Shown: positions 37,858 to 51,697 of the stretch, one piece after another | How positions within the stretch are numbered: position 1 is the stretch's first letter | Layout of the letters: each line of letters begins with the position of its first letter | Origin: Podarcis melisellensis | Taxonomy: Eukaryota | Direction: 5' to 3' (one strand) | DNA length: 64,000 nt | Assembly (NCBI GenBank): GCA_964234715.1 | Contig: OZ174282.1 | The notes under the pieces: model-generated | What the model saw: only the letters and a program-made list of their open reading frames with translations | The model's database searches: none | What the model was told of the DNA's origin: nothing | Position numbers and translations under genes: made by a program

Positions 37858-39409
37858 CTTTTCCTACTTCAGTGCCAAAGTGCCAAAAAGGGTTTAAGTC
37901 CCCTTACACTTCTTAAAAATCAAAGAGAGAAATGAAATGCACATTTTCTTTCTCATATTTTATGGAGAGACTCAGGCGATGATGAACCTCTCTCTGTGCC
38001 CATTCCCTCTTTCATGCGACCATTTTTCTCCCATGAAAGTGAGGGGGGGTGATAGCTGCAATTCTGGGGAGTCATGGGTGAAATCCAAGAACATTCGTGG
38101 AGTGGGCTTGCTTTTAAAAATACAGTAAAGTGGCTGATGGTGTGTGTGTGTGTGTGATTGTTTCTTTGCTTTAATGACAGGAAAGTTCTGCTGCCACTTC
38201 AAACATCTGCTTGGCTACTGCCTGTGGCTCAATGGTGTTTGCTTTGCAATTAGGAACAGAATGGGAACTATGGGATTGATGCCATGTCATGAGTTCCCGG
38301 TTCTGAGCTTTATACTGGTAACCAAGGAACCACTGAACCAAAGCTGGCAGGCAGCGGCCCACTGAATCTGATGCCACAGCATTCTGCCCTGCAGGACAGG
38401 AGGCAGGACCCTCACTAGAGGCCTTCTCTTGCACTCCAGGAAATGATGGCCTTCCACACTATCTCATCCCCTGCTTTGCATACATGCAGACGGTCACTCA
38501 TTCATTCCCCAGCTGAAACACTCCCTGTCTGGAACCCTGAAGAGCTGCTGCCAGTCGGTTGTAGACAGGGCTGAGCTGGGTGGACCAATGGATTTGACTC
38601 AGCATAAGGCAGCTTCCTGTGTTCCTACGTGTATGCATGTCACGTCAATGAGGTTTGTCCAGGAGAACTTCTGTACTGCTTTTAATGGTATTTACATCTT
38701 TATATAGCTGTACACCACCCCGATATTTTATGAGAGGGCAGGATATAAATACTTTTTTATAAATAAACATAATAAATAGGAGCTTTCTGTGGATTTTGCC
38801 CATGGCAGATCAAGACGCACCTTTGTCTCCTACCTGGAGCCAAATTAAACAAAGGACTGCCCTTTCTTCACATATAAAGACAATAGTAGGCCGATGCTCA
38901 GATAAAGGGGACCACACACATTCCAAGCACTTAAATAATCTGAGCACTTTACATGGTGTTAGGGAAAGTGGTGTTAGGTACCTCTGGTACCAAAATAAGC
39001 TTTTAGCATGATGGTTGATAAATGTGGATGGAGTTGTGGCAGGTGATCACAACAAAGCAGGTGCCACCTTCATCATACCAAAGGATATGCATGTTGGGGA
39101 CAGGAGCGCTTGCGGGGGCCACATCATTTCATTAGCTCCATCTCTTCTTTGAACCACATAAAATGGCAGAGTCCTTGACAGTCCTCTAGTTCAATTTCCT
39201 CTGTCCTTATTGCAAGATGCACAATGAAAGCTGGAACGACAACAGGAAAATTTTGGCCTTCCAAATATTGTTGAACTACAACTCCCACCATCTCTGGCCA
39301 TTGTCCAGCGTGATTGGGCTGGCAGGAGTTGTAATTCAGCAACATCTGGAGGGCCAAAGGTTCCCCATGTCTTAACTGCATTCTCCTCATGTTTAGCCAA
39401 AATCTGCTT

Positions 39410-39560
39410 ACACAACATTTTCACCCACTGGTTCTAGTCTTGCCTTCTGGAGCCACAGAGAACAAGTCCGCTCCATCTTCTTTCTGCATGTCAGTCCTCT
39501 ATCACATCTCATCTTAATCTCTTCTTCTCCAGGCTAGACATACCCAACTCTTTCAAATGA
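39410..39560 (-). mobile_element. CR1 fragment
   Basis: ggttctagtcttgccttctggagcc...cttctccaggctagacatacccaactc. Confidence 0.7.
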
Positions 39561-39732
39561 TCCGTCTGGCAGCCTTCCCTAGGAAGAAGTGAATGCCTTT
39601 GCAAATCAAACACCGGTGTGTTTTACATCCCAGGCGCACTTTTGATGGGTGCTGTCCAAGTTTCCTTCTAGGATAAAGACTGAGAAGTCCTTAGGATAAG
39701 AACTGAGAAGGGGGAAAGACTGGCCTATAGAT

Positions 39733-39866
39733 TAAGGTTACCAGATGTCCCTGTTTCCCGGGGACAGTCCCCGGATTTACAAATCAGTCCCCATACAAAA
39801 TCCTATCGTTCCTACTGAAGTTGAAAAGTGTCCCCGGAGTCACTGAAAAAAAATCTGGTAACCTTA
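39733..39866. mobile_element. hAT (Blackjack-like) MITE
   Basis: Perfect TIR taaggttaccagat; TSD ctatagat/gtatagat. Confidence 0.9.
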
Positions 39867-40326
39867 GTATAGATGGCAGGTTGTCCTTGTCCCATTTTCC
39901 TCTGCAAGTTTCTTCCAGGCTACACAAGTTCATTCACCCACACAGCACTCAATAAATTACTCCGCCTACTGCAGTTGGCACAGGAACAGCCCTGCTTGCT
40001 AACGAGGTTGCTGATCATCACGGCAGAGAAAAGGTGCCTGCAATTCAAAGGCAGCTTTAACAGGGATGGAGATGGGGTTGCCACTTCAGGTGGCGCAACC
40101 CGTGCATCCATTGCAGGTGGCACAGGGCCAAAGGTGACATGGCAGTAACAGAGGAAAGAGTGGCTCTGATTTTCACAGCAAAGGGTGAGGGGACTCGCTC
40201 TGCCCTGCCCTACCTCCCCATAGCTTCTCTATCCAAACGCTTTCCTTCTCAGCTAAGGTCCCAAACTGGGCATGGTGGTCTCTCAGCTGGCTAAAAGGCA
40301 ACTGAAGAGCAGCTACAGGAAAGTAA

Positions 40327-40367
<41 letters not shown>

Positions 40368-40560
40368 ATTGAATTTATATACCTGGAGGTCTCAGGGTGG
40401 TTCACAGAAAAGATCCACAAAATAAATATATATAATCAAAATAAAAACAACAACCCAATAACATCCTCCTCCTCCCAAAAGAGCCACATTTTAAGAGGCT
40501 GTAGGATGTCAATCAGATCAAACAAAGGCCTGGTTTAAAAGGAATGTTTTTGCCAGGCAC
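40327..40560 (-). mobile_element. L2-like 3' tail with (GAT)n microsatellite
   Basis: (GAT)n at 40327-40365, then tttatatacc...gtctcagggtggttcaca. Confidence 0.65.
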
Positions 40561-42457
40561 CTAGATGCAGACACAGAGTAAATTCAGAACCCCTGATCAA
40601 CACATGCGCCCCAAAAGAGAAAGCGTTGATTTACTATGATAGCCATGATCAGATTGCCCTCTGGTCATATGCAGATTGCTCCTGAGAGACCTGTGTGTCT
40701 TAAAACACATGCACACACCTTATTTTGAGAAAGGCCAGAACTAGAGCATGTGTTCTGCATGCAGGAGGTTCCGGGTTCAACTCTTGGCATCTCTAGCTAG
40801 GAGACCCCTGGATAGCTGCTGCCAGTCAGTGTGGTTCAGGGGTGGAGATTCTTTTTCGTTTTCTGGCCACAGACTTATCCGGCCCCACCCCACAGGGTTA
40901 ACCTACCTAATTTTCACTTTCTGAAACAATACGCATTCCAAAACACAGTCGTCGTCTTCTTCCTCTTCTTGGAAATTTGCACTTCTCTGAATTTTGCAAT
41001 GCAGCTCTCCAGCCAAGGAATGTGTGCAAAAATGCATAAACTAGGGTGAATAATGCATTAAAAATGTATTTTATTGAAAATAACATTAAAAATGAGTATA
41101 CTGGGGAAATTGTTTTGCAAAATCATGTATATTAGGCCAAGTTGTTAAAAAAAGGTGTAAATTAGTAGAAATTCTCACCAAAATGCTGGTGAAGATTTAG
41201 AAAGAATCTGTGAATTGATGTGGAATTTTGGAGAACTGAATTTAGGATTGGGGAAAACGGGAAACAGAGAAACTTAAAAGAACAGTTCCACCCATCCTTA
41301 GTGAATGTGTTTGTGTTGCTCGTTTTTGGAGAAGGTGGAGTCATATTTGAGGAGGCCAACTGAGTGAAGAAGCATATCCAAGTAATTAGGTTGCCCCCAC
41401 CCCATCCTAGGCCAGTTTTCCCCAGTTCAACACCACCACAGATTGCTGATCTCTATCGCCCTGGGAACTGGGCCAAGGGACAGGATCCCATTAAAGCCAT
41501 GCAGCCAGAGAACCAACTCTGCCACTCCACCTCCCTGGGGGCAAAAAATGCCCTACAAAGGGAGACTCTGCAGCAAGGCTGCTTGCTTTGGCTATTAAAA
41601 ACAATTATTTTAATTAAGGGACATGGACATGATGTAAGTAACGTCCTCTCCTCATTCAGTGTCTTAATACCACTCCCTGTGCACCTCCTGCCTGGCTCTT
41701 TCAGTAACCAGTGCTGTTTTGAGCCCTAATATTACTACAGAGTCCTATTAGGGAGTCACATCAGTGCTGTGAATTTAGCAAAAAAGCTGAGAGCTGCCTG
41801 GGGCAGCTTGTTAAGGGGCTGGAATTTGAGGTTGCAGAGTTCTTTCAGGACCATTTTCCCAGAGTCTGGGTGGAGGCCTTTATCTTTCTCCTCTTCATTT
41901 TGACTCTCTCCCACCCAACCCCACCAACCACTTACCAAACCACCAGTTGTACAGAATAGAGTCTGGATTCTACCAGTTCAGACTGCTGATTGCAGGGAGT
42001 CAATTTTTCAGCACAGCGTAATCCACAGCTGGAAAAGTTCATTTTAAAGCGAAAGAGTTCTCTTTCAAGTTGACCCATACGGAACTGATTCCCATGCCTA
42101 TTGGTTCCTTTACAAAAAAAGAAGAAGCTAGTTTGGTTTATGTCCAATTCATGCTTCATCCAAATTATTCTCCGGGGGGCGGGGATCAAGCTTTCAGAGA
42201 GCTACAAGCTTCTATGGAAAAATCTAAAATATACGTAAGAGGATTAAGAAAGAAGAAAAGCATTCTCTCTCTCTGTGATGCCCTTCCACCCAAAGATAGA
42301 GCAAGAGCTTTTTATTCAGACAGACCTTGGGCTTGTGATCTAATTCCATGCCTTCGCTTCCCATTCTTGAAAGGTTTTAACTGGCTGTAGTTTATTGGTT
42401 GGTTTTCCTGCTCTTTTCATCTTCTCCTATCATAGTTTTTATTTTTATAGGACTGTA

Positions 42458-42682
42458 CAGTGGTGCCTCGGTTTTCAAACGTAATCCATTCCAGAAGACC
42501 ATTCGACTTCCGAAACGTTCAAAAACTGAAGCATTTACTTATGGAAAACTCAATATGGAAGCCATGCGGCACGTTCGACTTCCAAAAAGCATTCGAAAAC
42601 TAAAGCAGTTACTTCAGGTTTTTCAGCGTTTGGAAACCAAAACATTCAACTTCCAGGACATTCTAAAACCAAGGTGCCACTG
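42458..42682. mobile_element. Tigger-like MITE
   Basis: TA|cagtggtgcctcggtttt...aaaaccaaggtgccactg|TA. Confidence 0.85.
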
Positions 42683-44309
42683 TATTTATTTACATTTATT
42701 ACCTGCCTTAGGAGCTGTGTGAGGAAACATGGGATAGAATTACATTGGAACAATAAACAAAAAAACTTGTTAGATCCATTGCCTCTTCTGAAGTCCACTA
42801 TACAGACCTTACACAAATGACCTGAGGGGCAAGAATCGTATATCCCACTCACATACCTCTCAACTGTCCCACTTTAAGCAGGACATCCTAGAATTATAGA
42901 CGCCATCTTGGCTTCTGAGTGGATCCCAGGATGTACTGATTTGGCTCCTGCAAGAGCGTAGCCCCCAAAGACACCCGTTTCAGAGGGCCATGCTCTCTCA
43001 CATCACATGACTCCTGTGGTAGCTTGTCCCTGAAAGATGTGCATCCCAGTTTTCCTCTGTGGCATGTTAGAGGGTATGCACTTATTTTCTCCCACTTCTG
43101 CAAAGCAGGCCCAAGGTATCATATATCAGTCGGTTAACCCAGATAATTGAGCTGATGATCTTCCAATGCAGCTTTCTGCGTTAATTCCTTAAGCTGCAGT
43201 CACTATGGATAATAAGGGCAGCCCATAATCACGCCCTAAAGAAGCATCCAGAAAGGCAGGCAGCTGTGTTCATCCTTTATATATAAGGATCATCCAATGG
43301 TAATAAAACAGTGAGCTGTCAAAGGGCGGTGTAAGGGTATTAGCGCTGTGCTGAAAACTTCTTGTTCGTTTCCTCACCAACCCATTCTCCATCAATTGGG
43401 GGGGGGGATTGCACTCATAATAATCAAAGTTGAGAGGGAAAGATGGTGAAATTTTCAATGGCAGAGTACAGGATTTTAAAAAGTGTGCCTGCAGGTCCTG
43501 CTATCCATCTGCTTGCTATCAGAAAATTCACTTAACCACACCCAAAGATTTATGCCCAACCTTGCCATAAGCACCACGGATTCACTCATCCAAACAGCCC
43601 ATTTCCTTACTTCCTTGTTTGTTTGTGCTTTGTTTTGGCGGCAGCCATTTTGGGGAAAACCATGGCGAGAAGGAGTGAGATTGAACACATCTGGGAGCAG
43701 TAGAGTTCATACAAATGAGCTTTCTACGTTGTCTAGCAAAAGGATTATATGTGCCATGCCAAACCTGTTTTCCAACCCCACCGTTTTCTAATTCTAGTCA
43801 GCATCGCTACAATAACAGGCATCCTTGCTGGTGTGGAAAAAAGCACCAGAACATACTCACCCCTATGTTACGGCTCGCTACACAACTGGCCGGGTGCTTA
43901 TCGGTTTTGTGTGGCCTAGTTCAGGGCAATGAGTGCCAAGCAAATGGGCCAGAACTCTTCAGAGTTCAAGGTGAAAGCTCCCCGTGTGTCGTCCTATCCT
44001 CCACGGAAATATGGAGCTTCAAATCCAGGAGTGCTGTACTGTCTGCATTTATGCAATAGCATCTCCCTGTATCTTTGGAAGTCCCTTGGCCTTGATCTGA
44101 GCCAAAGTGTGCAAATGACTCTTATCACGCTTCCTCATTGTGATGCAAAGGGAAGCCATCGCAAAGAGGTGGTGGTGAGCTTAATTACTAAATGCTTCTA
44201 AAGCAAGAAAATTGCAGCATCAATCAGAAAGCCTTGCTTTGTGCAGGGCAGGGCACAGCGGCAGGACTGGCTGGCTGGCTGTGAAGCTAATTGTTGGACC
44301 CGGCTTACG

Positions 44310-44311
<2 letters not shown>

Positions 44312-44365
<54 letters not shown>
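44312..44365. repeat. (AT)n microsatellite
   Basis: Directly visible. Confidence 0.95.
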
Positions 44366-44367
<2 letters not shown>

Positions 44368-44993
44368 ACACCACCAACAGACTTCCTGTTTTGCTAGCAA
44401 GATGTGGTCCAGCCAGTTGCCATGCATCAATACATCTAGGAGGCCAACCATTGAATGCAACCCAACTCTGCGCAGATTCCAGGGCTTCCCTCTCCTTCGG
44501 CCCCACCTGAAAAACAAGTGAGTCAGGGCACCTTCAAAAGGAAGGCGTGGCAAGGGAGATAAGGGAAGCAGCAGGCACGGCGACTACAAAAACAAAACAA
44601 AACAGGGAACACCCCCTGCAAAGGGGATATAAATGAACTGGAGGAACTGGACACATTGCAAGGAGAGGAATTAAGAACTGGAAGGGCACTTGGAATCTGA
44701 CAAAGGGGCAATGTGCATGAACTGGAAAAATTAAATGCAGCTCCCTTCCATGATTGGTTGGAAGATATGTACAAACTCACTACACATGAACAAGTTGCAT
44801 ACAAATGTAGACTTGCCATGGACAAATTTAGTGATAGTTGGAATTCATTTTTATAAATACAGTAATAAGCTAAGGTCTGGTATACAAGTTTTTGGTGCCT
44901 CCCCCATGCTGTTTTGTTCTTACATGTGTGTTGCTTCTTTCTTCTTTGCATATTATCTTACTGTGCACTGGTAATTATGTACTTTTTATCCTT

Positions 44994-45124
44994 NNNNNNN
45001 NNNNNNNNNNNNNNNNNNNNNNNNNNNNNNNNNNNNNNNNNNNNNNNNNNNNNNNNNNNNNNNNNNNNNNNNNNNNNNNNNNNNNNNNNNNNNNNNNNNN
45101 NNNNNNNNNNNNNNNNNNNNNNNN
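44994..45124. other. Assembly gap (131 N)
   Basis: Run of N. Confidence 1.
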
Positions 45125-46251
45125 GCTGTCAAACACCCAACTAAATTCCACAGTGATTTACTTTATTGCACTGCAATTATACCCACTGCTGAAGTCTGTG
45201 AAAATTATTTACTATCCAGTGCAGAAGTAATAAGGGTTGTGTGAAATGCCCTCCAATTTTGATATTAATCTCAAAATCAGCACATTCCACACAGCTGAAC
45301 AAATGTCTAGAAATGACGCCTCGGCAATCATCCACATTGTTTCAGTGATGCACAGCACTGCTTTGACCCCCTGGCAACGGTTTCTTCTGAGCACCATTTT
45401 GATTTCTCTTCTTTGCCCCTTAATGCTCTTGGACTTACTTGCCTGCCCTGCTCTTCAGCCTGGTTGGCTAGCGATGATCCATTCTATTATATTTGCAAGT
45501 GCTCACGTCGTCACTGTATTGGATGTAGCTTTGTAGATGGGACGCTGCTGGCAAAACTCGGAGGTTGCCACAGCCAATAAGATTAAACACCAAGAAAGGC
45601 CAACGAGGTTGGGGACTTTGAGAGTAAAAAAAGACAAATGGCACTGGGACCAGCATGGAAACGATTTAAGCGGGCTTATGAATGCCATAAATTGCTGAAA
45701 AAGAAAGGCAGTGTTCATTACAAAACAAGGCAAGTCGTTTAGATTTTACCCTTAGAGTAACCAGCGGTGGTGACATGCGAATTTTGGAGGGGGCTGTGGA
45801 GTGATGTAGAGAGTCATTGCTTCTGTGAGATGTGGCCTCTGTCACATCTGTGATGCAGCGAACTTGAAGCAAAGTCTGCCCTCTCAATGGGGGCGATTGT
45901 AGGTCCGTGGCTCAGTGGAACAGCATCAGCTTTGAGTGTTAAAGGTCCCAGGTTCTATCCCTAGGTCCAGAAATTGTGGCAAAAAACTCCAGCAGCAGCA
46001 GTAACTGGGGCCCATCAGAAATTGCCCCGTGGATTGCACCCCATCTCCTCTATATCATAGAGGCAGGAGTGGCCTGGTCTGTCTCTGCTCCCAAGGTGAA
46101 ATGGGAACTGCCCCCAACTTGGCAGCCCCAAAGCTCTTTATGGCCCACCTTTTCAGGTTGAATAGTGAACTGAATGTCATTTCCTTCTTGCCAGTGCCCC
46201 TCTCTCTGGTTGCTTAAAAACGAAAAAAGCTTACTAGTACTGCATGCCAAT

Positions 46252-46991
46252 GGAGCTTTATTAAGTACAAACCCCAAAATTTGGGAGACTGTGCCATTCA
46301 GGCAAATTTACGAAGCCCCTCCTAAACGCCTGTGTTAGTTAGAAGACTTTTATCTGTTATAAAAAAACTCAATGAAAAGTACTTTAAAGAAAAAAAACAC
46401 TCCATATTTGAAACTATAGACTAGCAAGTTCTGTTTCTCGAAAGGACAGGGGTATTTACCAGGTTTGATGTGTTACTTATTGTGATTTTTACGGGGCAAG
46501 GCAAAACATTGGGTTTGTGCTCCAAAATGGTGCAAATGGAGTCAATCGATGCTGCCAACTACAGTGCCATTAAGTAGGATCCCAGGTTTTAGTATCAATT
46601 CCTCATTTTTGGAGTGGGGTTTGTGGTGCAGAAGGGTTTGAAATTCTTGCAAAAGTTTGGGACCGGTTTGGAGTGAATTGGACAATACTGGGTTTGGCAG
46701 GGATACCTGTGGCTCCTAGCCTGAGTATCAGTTACTCAGTTTGGGGAGTGGTACAAAACATGGGGTTTGCAGTACAAAACTATTGCAAAAGTTTGGTACC
46801 AGTTTGGAGTAAATCAGACAATGCTGCATTTGGGGGTGTTAACTATGAACCCCAGTTTGAGAAACAATTGCTCAGTTGGGGGGTGGTACAATACACAGAG
46901 TTCTCAGTACAAAACAGCACAAAATGAGTAAAATTATTTGGCACCAGTTGAGGAAATCCCAAATTTTGGGGTTTATACTTAACAAAGCTCC
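46252..46991. mobile_element. 740-bp non-autonomous DNA element with 35-bp TIRs
   Basis: ggagctttattaagtacaaaccccaaaatttggga versus tcccaaattttggggtttatacttaacaaagctcc (2 mismatches). Confidence 0.8.
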
Positions 46992-47474
46992 TGAATGGGG
47001 TGAGGGAGAGTCAAGTCTTTGAGAAACTGGTAATCAAATTTCTCTCAAAGACGACCACACTGCAGTTCTAACTTCTGTAAAGAGTTTATCACACTATAGA
47101 TGTTAATGAGCGAAGCCAGGATGTCTATGCTATCGTCTCCAGCAACTGTTTTATGAATGGCTGCTGTTAATAAGGCGATTATCACTGTCTGTGGTCTCTG
47201 CATTTCATTTTCCTCTGTCCTCACTGTTTACAATCCTCTCCTCCCTGGCAACATCTATATAACACATCATGCAAATAACAATATAGATTGTAGTATATGA
47301 AAGCTTACAGCCACCATTAAGGATGAGCTAATCTGTCAATTTCACTTATTTCAGTTATAAGTTATAAGTTAAGTTCTTGTGCATGTTTTCTATAAAGCCC
47401 TCAAGGAAAATTCATCAGTATCTTAGTGCAAATTTCTTCTCATGTACACATTTGGTGTGTCATCTTCCACAATA

Positions 47475-48218
47475 CAGTGGTACTTTGGTACACAAATGCC
47501 TTGGCTTCCGAACAAATCGGCTCCTGAACAGCGCAAACCCGGAAGTGTTCTGGTTTGTGAACGTTTTCTGGAAGCCGAATATCCAATGCAACTTCCGATT
47601 GAGTGCAGGAAGCTCCTACAGCAGGGGTCTGCAACCCGCGGCTCCGGAGCCGCATGTGGCTCTTTTACACCTTTGCCGCGGCTCCTGGACGGATACTAGC
47701 GAGGGGAGGAGGCGCATTGTGCGCCCCGACACTCCCCACTGTGGCGGGTGCTGTACTGGCTGTGACGTCGCATGGGGGCGGTGCGTGCGCTAGTCACACA
47801 CCGTCCCGACGTCACCTTCCTGCCCGCCCACCCACTACATTGTAAGGGGCATGTACGCTGGTCACTGCATTGAAAGGGGGCATGTACGCTGGTCACTGTT
47901 TTGAAGGGGAGTGAAGAACACACACACACAAAAAAGGTAACTTGTTAATTTAATGTTTATTTCTATGAGGAGGAGTAATTCTGAGGGGTCAAACAAAGAA
48001 ATAATAAAAAGTGACAAAAAAGTTACTTTTATAATGACGAGTTTTGCGTCTCCCAGTTGTTTTTTTCTTCGGAAACGGGTCCAAGTGGCTCTTTTTGTCT
48101 TAAAGGTTGCAGACCCCTGTCCTACAGCCAATCAGAAGCTGCCCTTTGGTTTTCAAACGGTTTCGGGAGTTGAATGGACTCCTGGAATGGATTAAGTTCA
48201 AGAACCAAGGTACCACTG
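47475..48218. mobile_element. Tigger-like MITE interrupted by a hAT element
   Basis: TA|cagtggtactttgg...ccaaggtaccactg|TA; related to 61451-61687. Confidence 0.85.
47622..48119. mobile_element. Young hAT-Charlie-like non-autonomous element (498 bp)
   Basis: Perfect TIR caggggtctgcaacc; perfect TSD tcctacag; CpG-rich. Confidence 0.93.
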
Positions 48219-50911
48219 TATGTGCATTTTTGCATGTTCTTTTCACCAATATATGCACATTCTAAACAGGTGCGTGCATTCTTGTATATGTTTCTTTGCT
48301 GCAGAACTGCATTGCTAAATTTGGAGAAGTGTGAATATCAAAGGATGGCTCTCTTTTAGTTTTCACATTGTTTCATAAAGGGATTGTGAACTGGATTGAA
48401 TCTCTCACACAGCTCTCCCTACACACAGCTCTCTCTGTACCACATCCTTCAGCATCCACCACCTGAGGCAGCTGCCTCTTTCTGTTTAACGGTAGCACCA
48501 GCCCTGCACCAGTCCCACAACTCCCCGATAAATGCTGGCAGCCCCCAGACACAGATACTGTTTCCTGCTCCCACTAGGTAGGTTTATTGAGGGGTCTAAC
48601 CAGAGGGCACTGTGCTGAGAAATAATCAATGCCTCATCATTGCAGCCTAGGATAATGCTAACGCTGGGCCTGGCAGCAAGGGATGTCAAATTTTAATAGC
48701 CCCTTACACCAAAAACTCCCTGCGTGTAGAAACTTAGCACATCTCAATTCCCCACAACCTTTCTCCTTGACATGCTAGCTTTCCACATGCAAGGCACTTC
48801 CGAAATAAGAGAAGCATTCAAAACAATTGCCAAGTGGTGCTGTCCCAGGGCAACTGTGGTGTGTGTTTTTCCTTAATATTTGAATTGGCTTTCACGTGCT
48901 GCTGTCTGTAGCTGTTCTTTAGCCCTTGAACAGCAACCTGGAAAGGCCTGAACAACACTCTGCACTGGTGAGTCATCTGCTGACAGCAGCAAAGTCAGCC
49001 CTAAACACAGGTTTGAGGACAAGGCAGATTCAGAGTTTGTCACAACAGATCTCCGAATGGGGAGCACATGGGAATCATGAACAGGACCTGTGAGCTCTCT
49101 CACACAGGATCAGAAAGAGCCCACAGACCACTTCTTTTCATTTCACTTTCCGTCCTTCCCCATTTCATTAAATATTAATTTTCTTTTTGTTTCTAGCTAC
49201 ATTTATTTCAAAACAGCTTCTTTTCATTGAACTGAAGTGTGATTTTTGTTCTGTAATATTTTGTCATTTCTATGGTTTGCAAACTTCTTTCTGCCTGAGA
49301 GATGGAGATTTCCACTGTCTCAGCCACAAATATGGATTGTCTGGATCTCATATTTTTGTTTTACCCTTAGAACATGTAACATTGTGTTACAGAGGATCTT
49401 CCATTATTGTTGTTGGTTTTTTAAAAAAAACCCACAAATAAATATGAGATTTAGTGGGGTATATAAAATTCAGCATCAGACCCTCCCTGTGATCTTAGGC
49501 TGAAGTAATAATAAAAATAGCAGTAATACTGACAACAGAAAAATCAGCAGAGCTCTTTTTTCTCCCACAATGCCTTTCCCAACATGGTGTCCTCCAGATG
49601 TTTTGGACTATTGATCCCATCAGCCCCAGTCACCACAGCCAATGGTTAAGGATGATGGAAGTTGTAGTCCAACCATATCTGGGCTGCACAACCATGTTAG
49701 TAAAGGCTGGGCGGGGGCATTGTGCTGAGTGTGTTTGTGGAAACTGTGACCAGCCCCTGCAAATGCTACATCTAGAGCATTAGGTGGGGGGAAATGTTGT
49801 TCAGGAGCCATCGTTTTTCTGTAGTAATTTGCTGTTGTCTCTGAAGAAAGAGCAAAGGCAGAGCCAACACAATCTGGCTTTTCAACCACTTTAGATCGAA
49901 CATCAATGCATTGTTCAGATATCTATACACTACATAAATTCCTATTTTAAAAAGAACCCAGAATTTCCCAACAATTCTGAGAATTGCCTTATGCTTTTCC
50001 AGACTCAGCCACTGCTTCCCATCCACCTTCTGCTTCCTGAGCTACCCCGTCAAAACACACACTTCCAAACAGAAGATTAATATTGCAGAACCATTTTATG
50101 GAATAACCTGGCAAAGTTAGAAGCAGTCTGGGGCACTACAGCCTGTTTTCTTTAATCCCCCGAGTCATGCTCCACAGTTGATGCTAGCATTGAGGCATTG
50201 AGAGTTGGGTGTGCCAACACAGCTTGCCCCCTCCCATGGCACAGTTCCTTTGCCAGGGCCAACCAAAGCATTCTTGGTCCCGAAACTTGGCCTGGAACCA
50301 GTCTGAAATGGATCCAGATCATTAATTTCATCCAGAACTGCCTCAACCTGTTCAGCTTACTTTCCTGGGAAAGCTTAATGTCTTGAGTAAGAAATGGAGC
50401 TTTGCTGATCACTTCTTATATTCTGAATGTATGGAAATTGCAGTCATCTCATATACCAGAAACAAAGAGCTAAAGATGGATTGTCTACACTATCACTAGA
50501 CAAAATCATGGAGCACAAGGCTACCAATGACGACTAGGCAAGGCGAGTACATGTAACTTGCAGGGTCAAATGCCTCAGAATTACCAGTTACTGGGGAACA
50601 GCAGTGAGAAAGCTGCTGTTGCTTGTGGGCTTCCCATAGGTATCTGGTTGGCCACTGTGGAAAACAGGATGCTGGGCCTTTTGTCTGACTAAGCAACACT
50701 CTTCTTAAATATCACTTGCTGGGGTAACATTTGGAGGAGGAAGGTTTCCCCCTAGTGGTCCAGTGATTTGTGGCACTTTCCCTAAGCGTGTTGCAGCTAC
50801 ACGGTTAACAAATCTACGGTTCCCAGGATTTTTGAGGAGAAGCCATCGCTGATCAAGGTGGCATGACAATGCAGGTGGGACTTCTCTTTCACTTGCATCA
50901 CCATCATCATC

Positions 50912-51430
50912 TATTCCGCCTGGCTTTCAATTTGAATTTAGCCTGATCTTTTATTCCCCTTCCTTCCCTCCCCCTCCCCTTTTTATTAAGGTTACCCGCT
51001 CTGGGATCCCACAGCTAATTCTCCCCTGGCCTCCTCGCTGGCCCAAATAGGACTAATTTAGCCAGCTGGCCCTGGTGATCATCTAATGTTTATTGGATGG
51101 ATTTCCCCCTAAATTGATTTTTGAACTTTGAATTTGTTTTTTTACTTCTTTTTTAAAAAAAATATTAAAGATTTTCTTGTTTTACTGAAGTATGTGTAAT
51201 GTCTCTCATATTTTTTTCCATGTAACATTTTTACAAATCAGTTTCATTTGTTGAGACATGGGGGGGGGGAGAACTTTGAATTTGTTATTCACGCTTTTAT
51301 ACTGTATTTTATGCTGGGGGGGGGGTGGTTGTATCACAATTAAGTGTTTTAAATTTGTTGTTAGCCGTCCTGAGCCCAGTTTTCTGAACCGGGAAGGGTG
51401 GGGTATAAATAAAAAATTATTATTATTATC
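50912..51430 (+). mobile_element. L2-like 3' end containing a nested retro-insertion at 51139-51270
   Basis: ttccgcctggcttt...gccgtcctgagccc...ggggtataaat(att)n; inner TSD gaactttgaatttgtt. Confidence 0.75.
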
Positions 51431-51697
51431 ATCATCATCATCTCTTCCTCCCCCCTCTCCCATTCCTTCCTTCCTTTTCTTTGGACAGCGACGTGGCTGT
51501 TTGAAGCACCTAAGCCCTACCGCTCTTGCTAATTTGCCTCTTCCTTCATTGCCTCCCTGCTCCTGCCAAGCCCTGCTCCCAGGGGGCCATTCTCACTTTG
51601 GCGCAACATGCAAAGGTCGGTGTCCAGTGGCCAAGCAGCACAAGTGACCCTCTCCTTCATGGATTGACCTTTTCAGAGTAAAGAGAGAGTTTTTGCC

